This document shows, in pieces, positions 1 through 11,400 of a DNA stretch of 64,000 nt. Below the pieces are notes generated by a model that made no database searches, was not told the origin of the DNA, and worked only from the letters and a program-made list of their open reading frames with translations. Position 1 is the stretch's first letter; the number at the start of each line of letters is the position of its first letter. The position numbers were made by a program, and so were the translations under genes. Source of the DNA: Auanema rhodensis (lineage: Eukaryota > Animalia > Nematoda); NCBI GenBank assembly GCA_964057225.1, contig OZ059900.1, positions 21,514,001 through 21,578,000 on the forward strand, given 5' to 3'.

Positions 1-342
1 TGTTACATACTAAAATGAAGTATTTTACATGCTGAACACTAGAAAAATACAAAAACACAGTATTTCCCATGAGAAATATTTTATTATGCTGGAAAACCAG
101 TTTTTGGAAGTTTCGCTGTAAACAAGGTTTTGACTTACGATTTCATGTGTTCAAACTCATGCAATGTCAATGAAACCTAGCTCAAAATTGTTCCTACAAC
201 GTCTAATTCCACTTTCACGACAAAAAAACAGGGGTTAGAAAATTAAGGAAATTAGCATATTCTGAGGGCACGCCCCTTATGGCTAATATTGATTAAATCG
301 ATTTTTGTTCATATGAGTCGTCAAATGCAACGAATTTCAGCG
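1..342. repeat. Representative satellite monomer (342 bp; phase set arbitrarily by the window start)
   Basis: 115 G+C of 342 counted (~34%). Contains A/T tracts and single ClaI (atcgat, 297-302) and NdeI (catatg, 310-315) sites. Stop codons occur in all six frames. Confidence 0.97.
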
Positions 343-3300
343 TGTTACATACTAAAATGAAGCATTTTACATGCTGAACACTAGAAAAATACAAAAACAC
401 AGTATTTCCCATGAGAAATATTTTATTATGCTGGAAAACCAGTTTTTGGAAATTTCGCTGTAAACAAGGTTTTGACTTACGATTTCATGTGTTCAAACTC
501 ATGCAATGAAAATGAAACCTAGCTCAAAATTGTTCCTACAACGTCTAGTTCCACTTTCACGACAACAAAACAGGGGTTAGAAAATTAAGGAAATTAGCAT
601 ATTCTGAGGGCACGCCCCTTATGGCTAATATTGATTAAATCGATTTTTGTTCATATGAGTCGTCAAATGCAACGAATTTCAGCCTGTTACATACTAAAAT
701 GAAGCATTTCACATGCTGAACACTAGAAAAATACAAAAACACAGTATTTCCCATGAGAAATATTTTATTATGCTGGAAAACCAGTTTTTGGAAAGTTCGC
801 TGTAAACAAGGTTTTGACTTACGATTTCATGTGTTCAAACTCATGCAATGTCAATGAAACCTAGCTCAAAATTGTTCGTACAACGTCTAGTTCCACTTTC
901 ACGACAAAAAAACAGGGGTTAGAAAATTAAGGAAATTAGCATATTCTGAGGGCACGCCCCTTATGGCTAATATTGATTAAATCGATTTTTGTTCATATGA
1001 GTCGTCAAATGCAATTAATTTCAGCGTGTTACATACTAAAATGAAGCATTTTACATGCTGAACACTAAAAAAATACAAAAACACAGTATTTCCCATGAGA
1101 AATATTTTATTATGCTGGAAAACGAGTTTTTGGAAATTTCGCTGTAAACAAGGTTTTGACTTACGATTTCATGTGTTCAAACTCATGCAATGTCAATGAA
1201 ACCTAGCTCAAAATTGTTCCTACAACGTCTAGTTCCACTTTCACGACAAAAAAACAGGGGTTAGAAAATTAAGGAAATTAGCATATTCTGAGGGCACGCC
1301 CCTTATGGCTAATATTGATTAAATCGATTTTTGTTCATATGAGTCGTCAAATGCAACGAATTTCAGCGTGTTACATACTAAAATGAAGCATTTTACATGC
1401 TGAACACTAGAAAAATACAAAAACACAGTATTTCCCATGAGAAATATTTTATTATGCTGGAAAACCAGTTTTTGGAAATTTCGCTGTAAACAAGGTTTTG
1501 ACTTACGATTTCATGTGTTCAAACTCATGCAATGTCAATGAAACCTAGCTCAAAATTGTTCCTACAACGTCTAGTTCCACTTTCACGACAAAAAAACAGG
1601 GGTTAGAAAATTTAGGAAATTAGCATATTCTGAGGGCACGCCCCTTATGGCTAATATTGATTAAATCGATTTTTGTTCATATGAGTCGTCAAATGCAACG
1701 AATTTCAGCGTGTTACATACTAAAATGAAGTATTTTACATGCTGAACACTAGAAAAGTACAAAAACACAGTATTTCCCATAAGAAATATTTTATTATACT
1801 GGAAACCAGTTTTTGGAATTTTCGCTGTAAACAAGGTTTTGACTTACGATTTCATGTGTTCAAACTCATGCAATGTCAATGAAACCTAGCTCAAAATTGT
1901 TCGTACAACGTCTAGTTCCACTTTCACGACAAAAAAACAGGGGTTAGAAAATTAAGGAAATTAGCATATTCTGAGGGCACGCCCCTTATGGCTAATATTG
2001 ATTAAATCGATTTTTGTTCATATGAGTCGTCAAATGCAATTAATTTCAGCGTGTTACATACTTAAATGAAGCATTTTACATGCTGAACACTAGAAAAATA
2101 CAAAAACACAGTATTTCCCATGAGAAATATTTTATTATACTGGAAACCAGTTTTTGGAATTTTCGCTGTAAACAAGGTTTTGACTTACGATTTCATGTGT
2201 TCAAACTCATGCAATGTCAATGAAACCTAGCTCAAAACTGTTCGTACAACGTCTAGTTCCACTTTCACGACAAAAAAACAGGGGTTAGAAAATTTAGGAA
2301 ATTAGCATATTCTGAGGGCACGCCCCTTATGGCTAATATTGATTAAATCGATTTTTGTTCATATGAGTCGTCAAATGCAACGAATTTCAGCGTGTTACAT
2401 ACTAAAATGAAGCATTTTACATGCTGAACACTAGAAAAATACAAAAACACAGTTTTTCCCATGAGAAATATTTTATTATGCTGGAAAACCAGTTTTTGGA
2501 AATTTCGCTGTAAACAAGGTTTTGACTTACGATTTCATGTGTTCAAACTCATGCAATGTCAATGAAACCTAGCTCAAAATTGTTCGTACAACGTCTAGTT
2601 CCACTTTCACGACAAAAAAACAGGGGTTAGAAAATTTAGGAAATTAGCATATTCTGAGGGCACGCCCCTTATGGCTAATATTGATTAAATCGATTTTTGT
2701 TCATATGAGTCGTCAAATGCAACGAATTTCATCGTGTTACATACTAAAATGAAGTATTTTACATGCTGAACACTAGAAAAATACAAAAAACAGTATTTCC
2801 CATGAGAAATATTTTATTATGCTGGAAAACCAGTTTTTGGAAGTTTCGCTGTAAACAAGGTTTTGACTTACGATTTCATGTGTTCAAACTCATGCAATGT
2901 CAATGAAACCTAGCTCAAAATTGTTCCTACAACGTCTAATTCCACTTTCACGACAAAAAAACAGGGGTTAGAAAATTAAGGAAATTAGCATATTCTGAGG
3001 GCACGCCCCTTATGGCTAATATTGATTAAATCGATTTTTGTTCATATGAGTCGTCAAATGCAACGAATTTCAGCGTGTTACATACTAAAATGAAGCATTT
3101 TACATGCTGAACACTATAAAAATACAAAAACACAGTATTTCCCATGAGAAATATTTTATTATGCTGGAAACCAGTTTTTGGAATTTTCGCTGTAAACAAG
3201 GTTTTGACTTACGATTTCATGTGTTCAAACTCATGCAATGTCAATAAAACCTAGCTCAAAATTGTTCGTACAACGTCTAGTTCCACTTTCACGACAAAAA

Positions 3301-5466
3301 AACAGGGGTTAGAAAATTTAGGAAATTAGCATATTCTGAGGGCACGCCCCTTATGGCTAATATTGATTAAATCGATTTTTGTTCATATGAGTCGTCAAAT
3401 GCAACGAATTTCATCGTGTTACATACTAAAATGAAGTATTTTACATGCTGAACACTAGAAAAATACAAAAAACAGTATTTCCCATGAGAAATATTTTATT
3501 ATGCTGGAAAACCAGTTTTTGGAAGTTTCGCTGTAAACAAGGTTTTGACTTACGATTTCATGTGTTCAAACTCATGCAATGTCAATGAAACCTAGCTCAA
3601 AATTGTTCCTACAACGTCTAATTCCACTTTCACGACAAAAAAACAGGGGTTAGAAAATTAAGGAAATTAGCATATTCTGAGGGCACGCCCCTTATGGCTA
3701 ATATTGATTAAATCGATTTTTGTTCATATGAGTCGTCAAATGCAACGAATTTCAGCGTGTTACATACTAAAATGAAGCATTTTACATGCTGAACACTATA
3801 AAAATACAAAAACACAGTATTTCCCATGAGAAATATTTTATTATGCTGGAAAACCAGTTTTTGGAAATTTCGCTGTAAACAAGGTTTTGACTTACGATTT
3901 CATGTGTTCAAACTCATGCAATGTCAATGAAACCTAGCTCAAAATTGTTCCTACAACGTCTAGTTCCACTTTCACGACAAAAAACAGGGGTTAGAAAATT
4001 AAGGAAATTAGCATATTCTGAGGGCACGCCCCTTATGGCTAATATTGATTAAATCGATTTTTGTTCATATGAGTCGTCAAATGCAACGAATTTCAGCGTG
4101 TTACATACTAAAATGAAGCATTTTACATGCTGAACACTAGAAAAATACAAAAACACAGTATTTCCCATGAGAAATATTTTATTATGCTGGAAAACCAGTT
4201 TTTGGAAAGTTCGCTGTAAACAAGGTTTTGACTTACGATTTCATGTGTTCAAACTCATGCAATGTCAATGAAACCTAGCTCAAAATTGTTCGTACAACGT
4301 CTAGTTCCACTTTCACGACAAAAAAACAGGGGTTAGAAAATTAAGGAAATTAGCATATTCTGAGGGCACGCCCCTTATGGCTAATATTGATTAAATCGAT
4401 TTTTGTTCATATGAGTCGTCAAATGCAATTAATTTCAGCGTGTTACATACTAAAATGAAGCATTTTACATGCTGAACACTAAAAAAATACAAAAACACAG
4501 TATTTCCCATGAGAAATATTTTATTATGCTGGAAAACCAGTTTTTGGAAAGTTCGCTGTAAACAAGGTTTTGACTTACGATTTCATGTGTTCAAACTCAT
4601 GCAATGTCAATGAAACCTAGCTGAAAATTGTTCGTACAACGTCTAGTTCCACTTTCACGACAAAAAAACAGGGGTTAGAAAATTAAGGAAATTAGCATAT
4701 TCTGAGGGCACGCCCCTTATGGCTAATATTGATTAAATCGATTTTTGTTCATATGAGTCGTCAAATGCAATTAATTTCAGCGTGTTACATACTAAAATGA
4801 AGCATTTTACATGCTGAACACTAAAAAAATACAAAAACACAGTATTTCCCATGAGAAATATTTTATTATGCTGGAAAACCAGTTTTTGGAAAGTTCGCTG
4901 TAAACAAGGTTTTGACTTACGATTTCATGTGTTCAAACTCATGCAATGTCAATGAAACCTAGCTCAAAATTGTTCGTACAACGTCTAGTTCCACTTTCAC
5001 GACAAAAAAACAGGGGTTAGAAAATTAAGGAAATTAGCATATTCTGAGGGCACGCCCCTTATGGCTAATATTGATTAAATCGATTTTTGTTCATATGAGT
5101 CGTCAAATGCAATTAATTTCAGCGTGTTACATACTAAAATGAAGCATTTTACATGCTGAACACTAAAAAAATACAAAAACACAGTATTTCCCATGAGAAA
5201 TATTTTATTATGCTGGAAAACGAGTTTTTGGAAATTTCGCTGTAAACAAGGTTTTGACTTACGATTTCATGTGTTCAAACTCATGCAATGTCAATGAAAC
5301 CTAGCTCAAAATTGTTCCTACAACGTCTAGTTCCACTTTCACGACAAAAAAACAGGGGTTAGAAAATTAAGGAAATTAGCATATTCTGAGGGCACGCCCC
5401 TTATGGCTAATATTGATTAAATCGATTTTTGTTCATATGAGTCGTCAAATGCAACGAATTTCAGCG

Positions 5467-8400
5467 TGTTACATACTTAAATGAAGCATTTTACATGCTG
5501 AACACTAGAAAAATACAAAAACACAGTTTTTCCCATGAGAAATATTTTATTATGCTGGAAAACCAGTTTTTGGAAATTTCGCTGTAAACAAGGTTTTGAC
5601 TTACGATTTCATGTGTTCAAACTCATGCAATGTCAATGAAACCTAGCTCAAAATTGTTCGTACAACGTCTAGTTCCACTTTCACGACAAAAAAACAGGGG
5701 TTAGAAAATTAAGGAAATTAGCATATTCTGAGGGCACGCCCCTTATGGCTAATATTGATTAAATCGATTTTTGTTCATATGAGTCGTCAAATGCAACGAA
5801 TTTCAGCGTGTTACATACTAAAATGAAGCATTTTACATGCTGAACACTAAAAAAATACAAAAACACAGTATTTCCCATGAGAAATATTTTATTATGCTGG
5901 AAAACGAGTTTTTGGAAATTTCGCTGTAAACAAGGTTTTGACTTACGATTTCATGTGTTCAAACTCATGCAATGTCAATGAAACCTAGCTCAAAATTGTT
6001 CCTACAACGTCTAGTTCCACTTTCACGACAAAAAAACAGGGGTTAGAAAATTAAGGAAATTAGCATATTCTGAGGGCACGCCCCTTATGGCTAATATTGA
6101 TTAAATCGATTTTTGTTCATATGAGTCGTCAAATGCAACGAATTTCAGCGTGTTACATACTTAAATGAAGCATTTTACATGCTGAACACTAGAAAAATAC
6201 AAAAACACAGTTTTTCCCATGAGAAATATTTTATTATGCTGGAAAACCAGTTTTTGGAAATTTCGCTGTAAACAAGGTTTTGACTTACGATTTCATGTGT
6301 TCAAACTCATGCAATGTCAATGAAACCTAGCTCAAAATTGTTCGTACAACGTCTAGTTCCACTTTCACGACAAAAAAACAGGGGTTAGAAAATTAAGGAA
6401 ATTAGCATATTCTGAGGGCACGCCCTTTATGGCTAATATTGATTAAATCGATTTTTGTTCATATGAGTCGTCAAATGCAACGAATTTCAGCGTGTTACAT
6501 ACTAAAATGAAGCATTTTACATGCTGAACACTAGAAAAATACAAAAACACAGTATTTCCCATGAGAAATATTTTATTATGCTGGAAAACCAGTTTTTGGA
6601 AAGTTCGCTGTAAACAAGGTTTTGACTTACGATTTCATGTGTTCAAACTCATGCAATGTCAATGAAACCTAGCTCAAAATTGTTCGTACAACGTCTAGTT
6701 CCACTTTCACGACAAAAAAACAGGGGTTAGAAAATTAAGGAAATTAGCATATTCTGAGGGCACGCCCCTTATGGCTAATATTGATTAAATCGATTTTTGT
6801 TCATATGAGTCGTCAAATGCAATTAATTTCAGCGTGTTACATACTAAAATGAAGCATTTTACATGCTGAACACTAAAAAAATACAAAAACACAGTATTTC
6901 CCATGAGAAATATTTTATTATGCTGGAAAACCAGTTTTTGGAAAGTTCGCTGTAAACAAGGTTTTGACTTACGATTTCATGTGTTCAAACTCATGCAATG
7001 TCAATGAAACCTAGCTCAAAATTGTTCGTACAACGTCTAGTTCCACTTTCACGACAAAAAAACAGGGGTTAGAAAATTAAGGAAATTAGCATATTCTGAG
7101 GGCACGCCCCTTATGGCTAATATTGATTAAATCGATTTTTGTTCATATGAGTCGTCAAATGCAATTAATTTCAGCGTGTTACATACTAAAATGAAGCATT
7201 TTACATGCTGAACACTAAAAAAATACAAAAACACAGTATTTCCCATGAGAAATATTTTATTATGCTGGAAAACCAGTTTTTGGAAAGTTCGCTGTAAACA
7301 AGGTTTTGACTTACGATTTCATGTGTTCAAACTCATGCAATGTCAATGAAACCTAGCTCAAAATTGTTCGTACAACGTCTAGTTCCACTTTCACGACAAA
7401 AAAACAGGGGTTAGAAAATTAAGGAAATTAGCATATTCTGAGGGCACGCCCCTTATGGCTAATATTGATTAAATCGATTTTTGTTCATATGAGTCGTCAA
7501 ATGCAATTAATTTCAGCGTGTTACATACTAAAATGAAGCATTTTACATGCTGAACACTAAAAAAATACAAAAACACAGTATTTCCCATGAGAAATATTTT
7601 ATTATGCTGGAAAACGAGTTTTTGGAAATTTCGCTGTAAACAAGGTTTTGACTTACGATTTCATGTGTTCAAACTCATGCAATGTCAATGAAACCTAGCT
7701 CAAAATTGTTCCTACAACGTCTAGTTCCACTTTCACGACAAAAAAACAGGGGTTAGAAAATTAAGGAAATTAGCATATTCTGAGGGCACGCCCCTTATGG
7801 CTAATATTGATTAAATCGATTTTTGTTGATATGAGTCGTCAAATGCAACGAATTTCAGCGTGTTACATACTTAAATGAAGCATTTTACATGCTGAACACT
7901 AGAAAAATACAAAAACACAGTATTTCCCATGAGAAATATTTTATTATACTGGAAACCAGTTTTTGGAATTTTCGCTGTAAACAAGGTTTTGACTTACGAT
8001 TTCATGTGTTCAAACTCATGCAATGTCAATGAAACCTAGCTCAAAACTGTTCGTACAACGTCTAGTTCCACTTTCACGACAAAAAAACAGGGGTTAGAAA
8101 ATTTAGGAAATTAGCATACTCTGAGGGCACGCCCCTTATGGCTAATATTGATTAAATCGATTTTTGTTCATATGAGTCGTCAAATGCAATTAATTTCAGC
8201 GTGTTACATACTAAAATGAAGCATTTTACATGCTGAACACTAAAAAAATACAAAAACACAGTATTTCCCATGAGAAATATTTTATTATGCTGGAAAACGA
8301 GTTTTTGGAAATTTCGCTGTAAACAAGGTTTTGACTTACGATTTCATGTGTTCAAACTCATGCAATGTCAATGAAACCTAGCTCAAAATTGTTCCTATAA

Positions 8401-11400
8401 CGTCTAGTTCCACTTTCACGACAAAAAAACAGGGGTTAGAAAATTAAGGAAATTAGCATATTCTGAGGGCACGCCCCTTATGGCTAATATTGATTAAATC
8501 GATTTTTGTTCATATGAGTCGTCAAATGCAACGAATTTCAGCGTGTTACATACTTAAATGAAGCATTTTACATGCTGAACACTAGAAAAATACAAAAACA
8601 CAGTATTTCCCATGAGAAATATTTTATTATACTGGAAACCAGTTTTTGGAATTTTCGCTGTAAACAAGGTTTTGACTTACGATTTCATGTGTTCAAACTC
8701 ATGCAATGTCAATGAAACCTAGCTCAAAACTGTTCGTACAACGTCTAGTTCCACTTTCACGACAAAAAAACAGGGGTTAGAAAATTTAGGAAATTAGCAT
8801 ATTCTGAGGGCACGCCCCTTATGGCTAATATTGATTAAATCGATTTTTGTTCATATGAGTCGTCAAATGCAACGAATTTCAGCGTGTTACATACTAAAAT
8901 GAAGTATTTTACATGCTGAACACTAGAAAAGTACAAAAACACAGTATTTCCCATAAGAAATATTTTATTATACTGGAAACCAGTTTTTGGAATTTTCGCT
9001 GTAAACAAGGTTTTGACTTACGATTTCATGTGTTCAAACTCATGCAATGTCAATGAAACCTAGCTCAAAATTGTTCGTACAACGTCTAGTTCCACTTTCA
9101 CGACAAAAAAACAGGGGTTAGAAAATTAAGGAAATTAGCATATTCTGAGGGCACGCCCCTTATGGCTAATATTGATTAAATCGATTTTTGTTCATATGAG
9201 TCGTCAAATGCAATTAATTTCAGCGTGTTACATACTTAAATGAAGCATTTTACATGCTGAACACTAGAAAAATACAAAAACACAGTATTTCCCATGAGAA
9301 ATATTTTATTATACTGGAAACCAGTTTTTGGAATTTTCGCTGTAAACAAGGTTTTGACTTACGATTTCATGTGTTCAAACTCATGCAATGTCAATGAAAC
9401 CTAGCTCAAAACTGTTCGTACAACGTCTAGTTCCACTTTCACGACAAAAAAACAGGGGTTAGAAAATTTAGGAAATTAGCATATTCTGAGGGCACGCCCC
9501 TTATGGCTAATATTGATTAAATCGATTTTTGTTCATATGAGTCGTCAAATGCAACGAATTTCAGCGTGTTACATACTAAAATGAAGCATTTTACATGCTG
9601 AACACTAGAAAAATACAAAAACACAGTTTTTCCCATGAGAAATATTTTATTATGCTGGAAAACCAGTTTTTGGAAATTTCGCTGTAAACAAGGTTTTGAC
9701 TTACGATTTCATGTGTTCAAACTCATGCAATGTCAATGAAACCTAGCTCAAAATTGTTCGTACAACGTCTAGTTCCACTTTCACGACAAAAAAACAGGGG
9801 TTAGAAAATTTAGGAAATTAGCATATTCTGAGGGCACGCCCCTTATGGCTAATATTGATTAAATCGATTTTTGTTCATATGAGTCGTCAAATGCAACGAA
9901 TTTCATCGTGTTACATACTAAAATGAAGTATTTCACATGCTGAACACTAGAAAAATACAAAAACACAGTATTTCCCATGAGAAATATTTTATTATGCTGG
10001 AAAACCAGTTTTTGGAAGTTTCGCTGTAAACAAGGTTTTGACTTACGATTTCATGTGTTCAAACTCATGCAATGTCAATGAAACCTAGCTCAAAATTGTT
10101 CCTACAACGTCTAATTCCACTTTCACGACAAAAAAACAGGGGTTAGAAAATTAAGGAAATTAGCATATTCTGAGGGCACGCCCCTTATGGCTAATATTGA
10201 TTAAATCGATTTTTGTTCATATGAGTCGTCAAATGCAACGAATTTCAGCGTGTTACATACTAAAATGAAGCATTTTACATGCTGAACACTATAAAAATAC
10301 AAAAACACAGTATTTCCCATGAGAAATATTTTATTATGCTGGAAAACCAGTTTTTGGAAATTTCGCTGTAAACAAGGTTTTGACTTACGATTTCATGTGT
10401 TCAAACTCATGCAATGTCAATGAAACCTAGCTCAAAATTGTTCCTACAACGTCTAGTTCCACTTTCACGACAAAAAACAGGGGTTAGAAAATTAAGGAAA
10501 TTAGCATATTCTGAGGGCACGCCCCTTATGGCTAATATTGATTAAATCGATTTTTGTTCATATGAGTCGTCAAATGCAACGAATTTCAGCGTGTTACATA
10601 CTAAAATGAAGCATTTTACATGCTGAACACTAGAAAAATACAAAAACACAGTATTTCCCATGAGAAATATTTTATTATGCTGGAAAACCAGTTTTTGGAA
10701 AGTTCGCTGTAAACAAGGTTTTGACTTACGATTTCATGTGTTCAAACTCATGCAATGTCAATGAAACCTAGCTCAAAATTGTTCGTACAACGTCTAGTTC
10801 CACTTTCACGACAAAAAAACAGGGGTTAGAAAATTAAGGAAATTAGCATATTCTGAGGGCACGCCCCTTATGGCTAATATTGATTAAATCGATTTTTGTT
10901 CATATGAGTCGTCAAATGCAATTAATTTCAGCGTGTTACATACTAAAATGAAGCATTTTACATGCTGAACACTAAAAAAATACAAAAACACAGTATTTCC
11001 CATGAGAAATATTTTATTATGCTGGAAAACCAGTTTTTGGAAAGTTCGCTGTAAACAAGGTTTTGACTTACGATTTCATGTGTTCAAACTCATGCAATGT
11101 CAATGAAACCTAGCTCAAAATTGTTCGTACAACGTCTAGTTCCACTTTCACGACAAAAAAACAGGGGTTAGAAAATTAAGGAAATTAGCATATTCTGAGG
11201 GCACGCCCCTTATGGCTAATATTGATTAAATCGATTTTTGTTCATATGAGTCGTCAAATGCAATTAATTTCAGCGTGTTACATACTAAAATGAAGCATTT
11301 TACATGCTGAACACTAAAAAAATACAAAAACACAGTATTTCCCATGAGAAATATTTTATTATGCTGGAAAACGAGTTTTTGGAAATTTCGCTGTAAACAA

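Noticed and set aside
231-250. Telomere-like motifs (ggggttag; tttagg variant) or a G-quadruplex
   Set aside because: These are single isolated motifs, not tandem repeats. There are too few closely spaced G-runs for a canonical G4.
1-342. Repetitive protein-coding ORF, since 342 is divisible by 3
   Set aside because: Stops occur in all six frames in each monomer (plus strand: tga 16, taa 11, tga 33; minus strand via tta 3, cta 10, tca 143). Frequent 1-bp deletions also shift the frame.
1-342. Primate alpha-satellite dimer (2 x 171 bp) or a CENP-B box
   Set aside because: The two 171-bp halves do not align to each other or to the alphoid consensus as I know it. No TTCG....A..CGGG motif was seen.
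1-342. Tandem 5S rRNA, tRNA, snRNA or spliced-leader gene array
   Set aside because: There is no recognisable 5S, tRNA cloverleaf, U-snRNA or SL sequence, and no convincing Pol III A/B/C boxes. An Rfam/Infernal scan would be the definitive test.
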